DNA of 64,000 nt from Mobula hypostoma (GCF_963921235.1 NC_086097.1:58282001-58346000), one strand, 5' to 3'. Counted from the first letter of the stretch, positions 37,251 through 49,079 are shown. Numbers and translations: made by a program. The notes: generated by a model from the letters alone, not told the origin.

Positions 37251-39034
37251 CCTGCCCCATGTCCTGTTCCCAGGGAGGGGTCCCGGCTCTCTGGTCTGTG
37301 TACATGTCCATGGTTCTACGTACCTGCTCCCCGAGACCGAGGCTGTATGTTCCCATGTTCCTCCTCTCCCTAGCCCATGTCATGTCCTTGCCTGGTTCTG
37401 GGGTCCGAGCCCAAGGCAAGACCCAGGTACCGGGTCCTTGCCCAGTCTCTGGCTCAGAGTGCATACCCTAGCCTCTTCATGTCTCCTTTAGTTCTGGGAA
37501 CCGATTCCGAGTCCAAGCCCAGACCCTTGGTCCCAGCCCAGTTGTAGTCCTGAATCCTTGTCCAGTTCGCTATTTCCTGCTCCTGCCTTGCTCTCCTGGT
37601 ATCGAACAATAAACTCAATTTATTTAACCTCACAAGATGTGTCTTGCATTTGGGTCCACCCTTGCTCCCTATTGCCCCGCCAGTGTGACAGGAATGATAG
37701 AAACAGCTGAACCAGTGTTCAATTCCAAACTAATTAATTTGTCATTCAGTTCTGGCATAAGCCATATTGCTTGTCAATTATTAGTTTTCATATTGTCAAT
37801 CCCGAGGGTACCCAGTCCTGCGTCACTCTCATCATCATCAGGTTCTCATCAGATTAATGCTCTTTTTGAAACAGCAACTTGGCATTTTATTTTTTTTCTC
37901 TTTCCTGTAAAGTCTAATTTTCCTCTGACTGACAGGCTCTTTGTTCCATTTTCTGAAAGTTTTGCCTTTAAATTGGCATTGATCTGGTGAATGTGAGCTC
38001 CTGCCACAGCAGTGACATACTTTGTCTGGCAAGCCCAGTTTCTGTTTAGATGCTGAAATTTTCTTCACACTCACTTTCATTCCTGACTGCAACTCAACTG
38101 CATCTTCAGCCTGCTGTTTCCATTGATACAGCAATTGCCACTGCTGTTTTAAGTGTCATTAGTACTTCAGTTAGGAGCTATTTTTGAATGCTTTCTTGTC
38201 AGGTTCCATAAGCTAAACGATTCTTCAGTGCATCATTAAGCCCCATCACTGAACTGGCAAAGTTCACACAATCTCCTCAATTCAGCAACATGTGATGAGA
38301 TGGACAGCCCTTCTTTTTTACTTCACTTATGAAACTTAAAGAATTCTGAAATCAATCATAGTTTTGATTCCATATGTTCATGCACTACTTTTACAATATC
38401 AGCAAAGCTAATTTTGGATGTTTTCATTGGGGCAGTTAAACTTTAAAACAAACTGTATACCTTTAAACCAAATACACTCAGCAAAATTGGTACTTGTTTC
38501 TCATTGGTTATTTCATTTGCTTCAAAATATTGTTCAATTACCTCCATATACATATTCCAGTTATCTTTTGTGTAATCAAATGTGTCCATTTTCCTGATGC
38601 AGCCAACCATTTCTGCTTTTTTAAAAATGATATTATCACTTGGTACTCAGTCTTTATGAATCTGAGAATTCTTCTGTTTTCCGACTTTATTTTTAAAAAC
38701 TCAATCAAGTCTTCCCTTCCAAAGAACATGTGCTGCACTGCTATTTAAAAGTTGACCATCTCTGCAAGTGCTGCGCTGTATTGCTAACTCACTGTTCCTC
38801 GCTGCATTTTTTTTAGTTTGAACTTCTCGCTGCACTTCAATATGTCAATAGCTGTCTCAAGGTCATTTTTAAAAGTACCTTTTCACTACTATTATGGTTT
38901 GTAACTTCAAAACATTTAACTAATTCAAAGGAAGGCATGGGAGTTCAAAATGTAAGTCCAACTTTGAGTTTACTTTAACAGAGGGGCATGCATCATGTGG
39001 TAGTGTGATGACGTATGCAATTCACGTATTTATA

Positions 39035-39730
39035 TGTAGCCCCCCCCCCCCACCGGCAAGCCTCAGGGTCGCTCCGCTTGCTGTCATCTAGGGAAATAGC
39101 CCTCGGCCCCGCCAAAATGGGTAATCAGTTTGTGTGATGTACCCCACCCCACCCAAATAACAGACAATACACCAGATACGATTAAATGATATACAGTTTA
39201 TAGATATTACTGGAACTATATAATTAATAGAGAATAAAATATAAAAAGGAAAATAAAAGGCACCACACTTATCAAAGTTCAATCTCTTCGTGCACAAACA
39301 GTTGGAGCTCAGGACCCTTCTTCTTCACCCTGCCACCCCTCGGACCACCTCGACCGGCTGCCTGGGACCTACAACTGTGGTCGACCAGACGCTCCACACG
39401 AGTCCGTCTCCGTCCCCTCTCCTCGCTGAACGCCCCGCTCGGGGTCCGACCCTGTTAGCAGACTCACAGCACCTGGTCCATCCTCTGTCTCTCTCTGCCA
39501 CCTTTTGCCCCCAAACCCTGCGCAAACAATATCTTACCGGCTCACCAAAAGTGTAACAACTATCCCAGTTGGTTCATTCGTCCTCTTATCAATAGATAAT
39601 CCAAAACAAACTACTAGCGGGATGACTTTCTCAGCAGTTAACATAACAAAGAAGCCCTTTCAATTATAACATAACAAAGAAGCCATTTTAATTAGACTAC
39701 ACAGTGACATAGAAAAGGAAACCCCTTACA
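39035..39730. mobile_element. Probable solo LTR of an unrelated family
   Basis: TGTA...TACA termini and flanks TATA / TAAA (4-bp TSD with one mismatch). Absent from the partner LTR. Confidence 0.75.
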
Positions 39731-39778
39731 TAAACATATAACCTGTAATGAATTATTTAATGAACAAGAATGCTTAAT

Positions 39779-39794
39779 CTCTCTCTCTCTCTCA

Positions 39795-39840
<46 letters not shown>
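39779..39840. repeat. (CT)n(CA)n microsatellite
   Basis: Seen directly; the partner LTR has only a short (TA)n at this position. Confidence 0.97.
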
Positions 39841-39841
<1 letters not shown>

Positions 39842-40424
39842 CTATGAACAAGATTACTGAAATATTAAATGCACAACACAGGACATGCCACCTTCTCATT
39901 GCTATTGTGGGGAAGGAGATACAGAAGCCTGAACGCACAAACTCAATGATTCCGGAATAGCTTCTTCCCCTCTGCCATCAGATTTCTGAATGGATATTGA
40001 GTTTGTGAACACTACCTCACTACTGTTTTCTTCTCTTTTTGCACTAACTTTAAAAAATTATGTATATATACACACACACACTGTAATTTACAGTTTCAAA
40101 TTATTATGTATTGCAATGTACTGTAAGTCTGCCACATAACAAGTGCCACTGATATCAAACCCGATTCTGATTCTAATAAGATTGCATCAATATGAAATAG
40201 ATTTGATTCTAATGGAGAATCATTATTAGTGTAGAAACTGAAAGTGAGATTTTAAATTTAAAGATGCAAGTGTGATTAATATCAGTAAATGACAGGTAAC
40301 ACAGAATATAAACTCTTCTGGGTTATTTTATATCAAGATTAGAGCCAATAGTTAAAAAATATTGTCTCTTCTAGAGTATTTCATTACAATGTAGCTTAAC
40401 ATTAATGCATAATTCTATCTAACT

Positions 40425-40700
40425 ATCTAGAGTTAACAGGCCCCGTCAGCCCAACGAGCCACACAGCACAGCAACTCACCTGTTCAACACTAGCCTAATC
40501 GCAGGACAATTTATAATGACCAATTAACCTACTAATGGGTACTTCTTTGAACTGAGGGATGATACTGGAGCACCAGGAAGAAACCCACGCATATCATGGG
40601 GAAGACGTACAAATTCCTACAGACACTCTTGGAATTGAACTTGGAACTCCAATGCCCTAAGCTATAGTAGCATTCTGCTAACCGATACACTATCAAGGCA
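40425..40700 (-). mobile_element. V-SINE / HE1-like SINE
   Basis: CCAATTAACCTAC...TCTTTG...GGAGCACCAGGAAGAAACCCACGC...GGGGAAGACGTACAAA resembles an antisense V-domain. A CR1-like tail lies at the left end. Confidence 0.75.
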
Positions 40701-42514
40701 CCCATTTCACATCAGACATTGGACTGTAGTGAAATAACTGATTCAGTAATGTTGATGACATAAGTCATGATTAGAAAGAATTGACTAAGCAACCACTCAG
40801 ATGTGAAACATGGGATAAAAATAAAGGGTCAGTGTGACTTTCAATACTAGTTTGAAAATAAAACAATATGTTGAGAAAATATTTCAAAAGAACGACAGAG
40901 CAAGATACGTAAACAAAATATGTGATGCACTTAAAAATGCCACTTAAACTTACGTTTCCATTACAGTTTTGACAAAGTTTGAGTTGCATAGCAGAATTAA
41001 GAGTTGGAAAATTCCCTGCCTTGTTTTAAGTATTTCTTTTTATATGTCATGCCTTAAATTGTTGGGTTTTAATTTCCACATAAAAACAATCAAAATGTGA
41101 TTGAAAAACAATGAAAATCATCAGATACTATGTACTGAAATGGAGTTTTTAACATATCCACTCTTTTTAAAGCAGCGGCCTCAGTCGTAAGTTTTTATTT
41201 CGGGCTAAAGTTTAGTTTTAGATATTTTGAATATCGCACATTTGCTGAGGAATCTGGCTTTCCTTGTCAACTCAAGACTATCTTTCCAACTTTATTTTCA
41301 ATTAAATCAATGCCAAAGTCCTTTGCCTTTTCAGAGTGAGATCACTGGGATGTTACATAATTATTTCAATTATCTCATCAATTCTCAGTGTTCATTTGAT
41401 ATTTTGGTTAGCAAAAAACCTGGATGATTATTTGACTTGAAATGATATTATGGCAATGAAAGTTAGTAATCAAGTAAATTCCCTGCTGCATAAAGTTTTT
41501 GTTCCGATGCTGTCATACTGTCAAGGCTTACAATTGGGCAAAATCAGTAAGAGTCCATGCTATGTGTATACTATACACCTTATGTTTCCTAGCAATAAAG
41601 TGTTTCTGTATTCTATGTTGTCAGGTGCCAATATATTTCCAGGACAGGATTCTGAAAGAATCTTATTTCACAGAAATGAACTATCTCATGGATGCTGATG
41701 AAGATAAATTATTTCATGCTAAATTAACTTCTATGAGATAGTTTGTCTTCACCCTGAACCTGTCACTGAATTGCCACTTTGTTCAGCACTGCTTGTGACT
41801 GTCGTCACAATATTGTTGTACTCTTCGCTGTTATAGTATTGGCTCCTTTCAAATCTCAGCAGTGAAATTGCACTTCCTGCATTGTTAGGGACATTAACAT
41901 GATTTCTATGTAAGGAAGAATGATTACATCTCATTCTCATCAGTAGATTGTAATGCTACACTCAATTTCGCCCATATGCCATGGTCCTGATTATCAATCT
42001 ACCAACTTTATCACTCTCTTAACTTTCAGCTGGTTTGTAAGCACAGCCAGAGTGGGTCACGTTGGTTCATGCCTGCTATGTTGGCAACTATCGTGACTCT
42101 TTCATCCTGCTCGAGATCTTTCATCTTTATTCCAAGTCAACTGTCAAGCTTAAGGAGGGCAATAACAACTAAAAACTTCCAAAAGAGCTCATGCCTCCTG
42201 TTAGAGTTCCGGGCAGTTTGAATCAAGATTCATTGAGTTTTACAACAATGATGCACAGAGATTACAGCTGGTAGTAAGTGGCAGGGTAAAACCTATTAGG
42301 AGAGATAAAACCCAAACTCTTATGATCTCTTTCTATCAGTGTTTGCCATGTAAGAGAATGCTAACAAAGTTTCAGGAGGTGTGAAAATAGTTGAGGTCAT
42401 GGATGTGATAAAAATGGACATCTTATATGTACTGGAAAGCTTAGATTTGATATATTCTATAAACTAAACAGCTTGCAACTTGGATTGCACAGGACAGAGA
42501 AGCTTGTCATGATC

Positions 42515-43362
42515 TTCCTGTCTTCCCTGGGTAGCTGCAAGCGGGCCAGAAAGTGGTACACATCGGGAGCACCAGACGCAGTATATCACCCCAGCCGACT
42601 CACACTTCCACCATTCCACCATTCAGGGCCCCAGACAGTCCTTCCAGGTGAGGCGACACTTCACCTGTGAGTCGGCTGGGGTGATATACTGCGTCCGGTG
42701 CTCCCGATGTGGCCTTCTATATATTGATGAGACCCGACGCAGACTGGGAGACTGCTTTGCTGAACACCTATGCTCTGTCCGCCAGAGAAAGCAGGATCTC
42801 CCAGTGGCCACACATTTTAATTCCACATCCCATTCCCATTCTGACATGTCTATCCACGGCCTCCTCTACTGTAAAGATGAAGCCACACTCAGGTTGGAGG
42901 AACAACACCTTTTATTCCGTCTGGGTAGCCTCCAACCTGATGGCATGAACATCGACTTCTCTAACTTCCATTAATGCCCCACCTTCCCCTCGTACCCCAT
43001 CCGTTATTTATTTTTATACACATTCTTTCTCTCACTCTCCTTTTTCTCCCTCTGTCCCTCTGACTATACCCCTTGCCCATCGTCTGGGTTCCCCCCCCCT
43101 TGTCTTTCTCCCCGGACCTCCTGTCCCATGATCCTCTCATATCCCCTTTGCCAATCACTTGTCTAGCTCTTGGCTCCATCACTCCCCCTCCTGTCTTCTC
43201 CTATCATTTTGGATCTCCCCCTCCCCCCCCACTTTCAAATCTCTTACTAACTCTTCCTTCAGTTAGTCCTGACGAAGGGTCTCGGCCAAAAAATGTCGAC
43301 TGTACCTCTTCCTAGAGATGCTGCCTGGCCTGCTGCGTTCACCAGCAACTTTGATGTGTGTT
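42515..43362 (+). mobile_element. Penelope-like element 3' end: GIY-YIG endonuclease C-terminus plus pLTR
   Basis: ORF 42648-42974: FTCESAGVIYCVRCSRCGLLYIDETRRRLGDCFAEH...VATHFN...LQPDGMN. A pyrimidine-rich tract follows, then a CTGACGA hammerhead motif at 43269. Confidence 0.92.
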
Positions 43363-43915
43363 GATGGGATGTTATGTTGTAGTCTTATAAGACATTGGTG
43401 GGGCCTAATTTGGAGTACTGTGTGCAGTACCAATAAGGTTAAAAGAGTGCAGAGAAATTTTACAAGGATGTTGGCAGGACTTGAGGATCTGAGTGATAGG
43501 GAAAGATTGAATAGGTTAGGACTGTATTCCCAAGATTAAGGGGAGATTTAATAGAGGTTTCCAAATTATGAAGGGTATAGGTAGGGTAAATGCAAGCAGG
43601 CATTTTCCACTGAGGGTAGGAGGGACAAGTGGAGGTCATGGGTTAAGGGGTGAAAGGTGAAATGTTTAAGGGTAACCTGACAAGGAACTTCTTCAGCCAG
43701 AGGGTGGTGAGAGTGTGGACCAAGCTGCCAGTGAAAGAGGCGGATACTGGTTCAATTTCAACATTTAAGAGAATTTGGATAGGTACATGAATGGGATGAG
43801 TGGTGGGGGGGTGCTATGGACAGGGTGCAGGTCGATGGGACTAGGCAGATTAATAGTTTGGCATGGATTAGATGGGCTGAAGGGCCCATTTCTGCATTGT
43901 ACAGTTCTTTAACTC
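43363..43915 (+). mobile_element. CR1 3' fragment
   Basis: RVQRNFTRMLAGLEDLSDRERLNRLGLYS followed by a CR1 3' UTR. Confidence 0.85.
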
Positions 43916-44845
43916 TGGAATGTTGATGAAAGCAATGTGGTGAATGTTATTTAAATGTTTTTAAGAAAACATTTGACAAAATGCCCACTAAAAAGGCTAT
44001 TTTACAAAACTGAAACTCAAGGATTAGGGTTGCCAGTGTTAGATTGGATAACAAAGAACAAAAAGAACAGAAAACCTATAGTCTAGTTAAATGGCCAATC
44101 TTCAGACTGACAGCTGATTGGCAGTGATGTTCCCCAAGGGTCAAGGTTAGTACCACTGATCTTTCTGCTTTAAATTAGTTTCTGCCCCTTAAATTATTTA
44201 AATTATTTAAATATTTTTTGAGTGGATTGACTTTATTTGCTGATCTTCCCAATCTTAGAGGTGTGGCGAAGTGCAAAACTGATATTAATCCACTGCAATT
44301 GTAGTTCAGGTTGTTAATTAGCAGATGTAATTAACACAGTTGCGAGGTGATACATGTTTTGCAGAAGGGATGAGAGGAGGTAATATTGCCAAAGAGCATC
44401 AATGTGTAGGTGTGTGGAGGGCTCGTGTTCCATCTTCAGAGATGGCAGGCCACATTGAAAGACTGGTTAAGAAAGCCTCTTGGATCTGGGAGATTGTGGA
44501 TGATCAGCCATGATCACAGTGAATGGCAGTGCTGGCTCAAAGGGCCGAATGGCCTACTCCTGCAGCTACTGTCTATTGTCTATTATCTATTGTCTAATTT
44601 CTACAACATACAATGAAACATCGGCGGACTATAATCTGTCTATTAACAACCATAAAAGAACAACCACCATTATCAAAATAAACTGCTGCATTTTTAGGGC
44701 AACTCTCAAAGCCCACTATGGTTTTGTCTAGCTTTATACTCACTCTTTAATTTACAGAATTGGACAAAAATAGGGTATTAAATCAGAGACAACCAAACAA
44801 ATGATACCCTGACTCACCTTCTGTACATGGACGATTTGAAATTAT

Positions 44846-45790
44846 ATACTTTACTTATACTTTATACTTTATTGTCACTAAACAATTGGTACTAGAACGT
44901 ACAATCATCACAGCGATATTTGATTCTGTGCTTCACACTCCTTGGATTACAAATATTAAATATTAAAATATTAAACACAGTTAAAATTAGTAAATATTAA
45001 AAATTTAAATTATAAATCATAAATAGAAAATAGAAAAATGGGAAGTAAGGTAGTGTAAAAAACTGAGAGGTAGGTCCGGATATTTGGAGGGTACGGCCCA
45101 GATCTGGGTCAGGATTTGTTCAGCAGTCTTATCACAGTTGGAAAGAAGCTCTTCTCAAATCTGGCCATACGAGTCTTCAAGCTCCTGAACCTTCTTCCGG
45201 AGGGAAGAGGGATGAAAAGAGTGTTGGCTGGGTGGACCGTGTCCTTGATTATCCTGTCGGCACTGCTCCGACAGCATGCGGTGTAAAGTGAGTCCACGGA
45301 CGGAAGATTGGTTTGTGTGATGTGCTGCGCTGTGTTCACGATCTTCTGCAGCTTCTTTTGGTCTTGGACAGGACATCTTCCATACCAGGTTGTGATGCAC
45401 CCTAGAAGAATGCTTTCTACGGTGCATCGATAAAAATTAGTGAGGGTTTTAGGGGACAGGCCAAATTTCTTTAGTTTTCTCAGGAAGTAAAGGCGCTGGT
45501 GGGCCTTCTTGGCAGTGAGCTCTGCTTGGTTGGACCAAGTCAGGTCATTTGTGATATTGACCCCAAGGAACTTAAAGCTTTTGACCTGTTCCACTTGCGC
45601 ACCACCGATGTAAATTGGGTCGTGTGATCCGCTACTCCTTCTGAAGTCAACAACCAATTCCTTTGTCTCGCTAAGGTTGAGGGATAGGTTATTGTCTTCG
45701 CACCATGCCACCAGGTTCTTAATTTCCTCTCTGTACTCAAACTCATCATTACCCGAGATACGGCCTACAATTGTTCCTCCATCAGCAAAG
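44846..45790 (-). mobile_element. Rex1/Babar 3' fragment inserted in the R4-like element
   Basis: 200-aa open ORF 45109-45711: WCEDNNLSLN, KELVVDFRR, FKFLGV, KKAHQRLYFLR, LPSGRR, SFFPTVIRLLN. Confidence 0.92.
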
Positions 45791-46856
45791 CTAAAGCAGT
45801 TAATTCAGATAGTAAAGCTATTTTCTAAAGATATAAGCATGAACTTTGTACTAGGTAAGTGCAGAACGTTAAACATAAAGAAAAGTGCAATATTGCTCGT
45901 GGAATATAAAACAGAGCAGCAGGATACAATACAGCCAATGGATGAATAAGAAACATATACTGTAAGTATTTGAGATATCCACAGGCAAAGAAAATAGATT
46001 ATTCTGCGATAAAGAGAAAATGTTTGACAGAATTTACTTCAATGCTTAAGAAAATCTGCCAAACAAAGCTCAATAGTAAGATTATATACTTACACAATAT
46101 CCGTATTAATGTATTCTTTTGGCATAAAATCTTGGTTTGAAATTCATTTGGAAGATTTACAAAGAAAAATGAGAACTGAAACAACAAATATTAGAAAACA
46201 CCATGTGAATTTGAACACGCTTAGATTAACACTAGTTGGGCAGAAGAAGGAAGAGGAATAATAGACATAAAAATGTCTAAAGATATATCTTCATCAGCAA
46301 AAACAGGATTCAGCACACTTCATGCAAGTATATGCAATTCTGATAAGTACACACCACTAAACTTAAATGAAAGCACAACACAGAAAAATGAAGAAATTAT
46401 CACTATTGAAGAAAAAGTTAACCAATGGAAGAGCAGGACCCTCCATGAAAGGCATCCGCATGATCTGAGCAGAGCAGGCAAGATGTTAACAAGGAAGCAC
46501 TGAACACCTGGCTCAGAGTTGGAGAACTTTTCCCAGAAACAGAGGGTTTCCTTGTGGTAATACAGAACCAGATGGTTAATACAAAAAATGAAGAAAAATA
46601 CATAATAAGAGACCACCAAATTCAAGATGATAAATGCAGAAAGTGGCAAGAGAAGCCAGAAACAATCTAGTACAATATAGGATCCTGCAGCAGTTTAACT
46701 CAAACACAGGGACAAACAAGTTCCAAACACCATTCACCAAAATCTTGCTTTAAAATACAAACTCATAAAGTCATACCTTACTATAAATACAAGCCTGACC
46801 CAGTTTTAGAGTCAGAGTCCTACAAATTATGTCAGAACTGATCTATTAGTACAGAT

Positions 46857-47313
46857 GCAAAGACGAAAAAATCTGCAGATGCTGGAAATTCACACAAAAT
46901 GCTGGTGAACGCAGCAGGCCAGGCAGCATCTATAGGAAGAGTTACAGTCGACGTTTCGGGCCGAGACCCTTCGTCAGGACTAACTGAAAGAAGAGATAGT
47001 AAGAGATTAGGAAGTGGGAGGGAGAAGGGGAGGGGGAGATCCGAAATGATAGGAGAAGACAGGAGGGGGAGGGAAGAAGCTAAGAGCTGGAAAGTTGATT
47101 GGCAAAAGGGATACAGAGTTGGAGAAGGGAGAGGATCATGGGACAGGAGGCCTAGGGAGAAAGAAAGGGGGAGGGGAGCCCAGTAGTAGATGGAGAGCAG
47201 GCAAGGAGTAATTGTGAGAGGGATAGAGAGAGAAGAAAAAGGGGGGGGGGAATAAAAATAAATAAGGGATGGGGTAAGAAGGGGAGGAGGGGCATTAACG
47301 GAAGTTAGAGAAA
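46857..47313 (-). mobile_element. Penelope pLTR insertion with 7-bp TSD
   Basis: Reverse-complement homolog of 42960-43362. TACAGAT is duplicated at 46850-46856 and 47314-47320. Confidence 0.9.
46945..46982 (-). ncRNA. Minimal type I hammerhead ribozyme motif (Penelope type)
   Basis: Minus strand reads UAGUC-CUGACGA-A-GGGUCUCGGCCC-GAAACGUC-GACUG: catalytic core, helix II GGG/CCC, palindromic ACGU helix III, GUC cleavage triplet, helix I AGUC/GACU. Confidence 0.8.
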
Positions 47314-47729
47314 TACAGATAGAACAACTTATAATAACTGGCCAGATGTAATATTACAGGCAAGAACAACTACTTAATAGATATAGCCATTCCAAACACA
47401 CACAACACACAGAAATCAATAAGTGAAAAAACTCCAGAAATTTGCTGAATTAAAAGAGGAAATTGAAGGACTATGGAACATGAACCATTGTCCCAATAGT
47501 AATATCTACAACTGGTATCATCCCAAAGTCACTACACAATAGCATTAAACAATTAGGGCTACACAGTAATATCTATGTAAATCTTCAGAAAGCCACAATA
47601 CTAAACACTACTAGAATAGTCCAAAAGTTGCTAGCAATTGAGAAATTGGTGTATTTGGCTACGCCCATACCTCAAGTTTTACCTGCTTGAATTGAGAAAA
47701 AATAAATCTCTATAATATTAATAATAATC

Positions 47730-47945
47730 ATAAATAAATAAGCAATTAGTTTTGAGAACACGAGATGAAGTGACCTCAAAAGTGAGTCTGTAGTTTGAGA
47801 GAAAAGTTCCGTGATGGGGCTAGAGAAGTTAATCCTCTCTGGTTGAGGGTTAATAACTGTTCCTGAACCAAGTGGTATGAGTCCTGAGGCTTCTGTATCT
47901 TCTTTCTGATGGCAGCATGTGAGAAAAGATTCCATGTTGCTGGGA
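47730..47945 (-). mobile_element. Rex1/Babar 3' fragment
   Basis: Reverse of the 22330-22530 type sequence (TAACTGTTCCTGAACC...GTCCTGAGGCTTCTGTATCTTC). Confidence 0.7.
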
Positions 47946-49079
47946 ATTCAGTTACATCTAACATCTCCTTCCTTGAAAACAATTTTGGAGTATATCTAAG
48001 ACAATAGCACAGTGGGTGAATTTAATTTACTGGAGATATATTGTAAGTCTATTTCGTAAAAAAGCTATTGCTCTGAGTGTATATAGAAGATTATTTCTGC
48101 AAACATTCTTTGACTGTTGGTGGCATGTTACTATATATATTGATATTGCTTTTACCTTTATTTTGTAATTATATACTAAATGGATTATGTTTGTGTAAAC
48201 AATACTTAATTCATTACTTCCTATTATTTTACTAGTTAAAATGTAGCACTTTCTAATTTACTTTGAAAAACATAAAACAGAGCCAGTAAATGTTAAATAA
48301 GCAGTGCAAAAAGCTATTGACTTTTACACTGTATAAGAACACGTGTTGCTTGTGAAAGACAGTTTTGTGAAAATGTTTTAAATCAGTTAAAATTCCACCT
48401 TTTTTACAATGTTATACGTGCATCACACACACGTGCATTTTAATGATTTATAATTTATCAGATAGAATGAATAAGTATTTGAAGTCCTAGATAAATATGT
48501 TGTGGATATACGTAAACAACCGTAGATTCCCGAGACACGTATTTACATTGTACTCCTTTGGAACATCTATATATTTGACATATGTATAAGAGCCATATGG
48601 TTTCTTGTGTCTTCTATATTGCCCCAGTCTAGAGTCGATCAAAGGGAATATTTCTACCTGACTGTCCAAATACACCGTTGTCCGATGACAATTAACATAA
48701 TCATAGTTGAATTTAAATCGTTTTTTTCTGAAGAATTGTTATATCAAAATGTTATTTTTAGTGATTTGTAATGCGTATCCTTGGTAAACTAAAACAAGAC
48801 ACTCATTTGACCTCAGCAATAATTAACTGTGTTCAGAGGGCAATTCGAACAATTAACGATGGCGTGTTCAAGGTACAGATAAGGCGTGACGCCTTACACG
48901 ATCAGAGCACAAATACTTTGAAACCTCGTTAAAATAAATACACAGCTTTTAGAACGGCAGAGACAATGTGAAAGACTAGCAGTCTGTCCATCTCAGGGAC
49001 ACCAGGTGTGACAGTACCAACCTCAAACAGACTAGGTGACAACCCAACAATAAAGTCACCGCCCATGAACTGTGTAACC

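Larger units (their letters stand above)
36189..37690 (+). mobile_element. Solo LTR (~1.5 kb) inserted in the Gypsy protease region
   Basis: TGTCA...TGACA termini, perfect 5-bp TSD GGAAT (36184-36188 and 37691-37695), AATAAA near 37608. The host protease text joins across it. Confidence 0.88.
34716..39878 (-). mobile_element. Gypsy LTR retrotransposon, non-autonomous, central pol replaced by an RBM25 fragment
   Basis: Two homologous LTRs. Polypurine tract AGCAGGTAGGAG abuts the 3' LTR. gag starts MVGCIRKMDTFD at ~38610 and has a CHCCGRSSHSPDQC knuckle. Protease region reads LELNTGSAVSII and RTYTGE. Integrase tail ERHYPTRARN lies at ~35120-35155. Confidence 0.9.
38890..39878 (-). repeat. 5' LTR of the Gypsy element, interrupted by a solo LTR and a microsatellite
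   Basis: Collinear with 34716-34963 on both sides of the 39035-39730 insert. Ends CAACA at 39878. Confidence 0.85.
33945..40155 (+). mobile_element. Rex1/Babar LINE 3' part, split by the Gypsy insertion at 34716-39878
   Basis: Left part has TGAPQGCVLSP, KFADDT, FKLLGV and KKAQQRLYF. It resumes after 39878 with CAGGACATGCC...RRYRSL...RNSFFPSAIRFLN and a GATTCT tail. Confidence 0.85.
44650..47740 (+). mobile_element. R4/Dong-like non-LTR retrotransposon with restriction-like endonuclease, decayed
   Basis: THLLYMDDLKLY (RT), FSKDISMNFVLGKC, WLRVGELFPETEGFL, DKCRK..EKPETI (knuckle remnant), NNWPDVIL...YLIDIAIP...EKLQKFAEL (RLE) and LQKATILNTTRIVQKLL. TAA-rich tail. Confidence 0.8.

Noticed and set aside
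43261..43305. Second intact hammerhead ribozyme
   Set aside because: CTGACGA is present, but the CGAAAC segment is mutated to AAAAAAT, so it is probably inactive.
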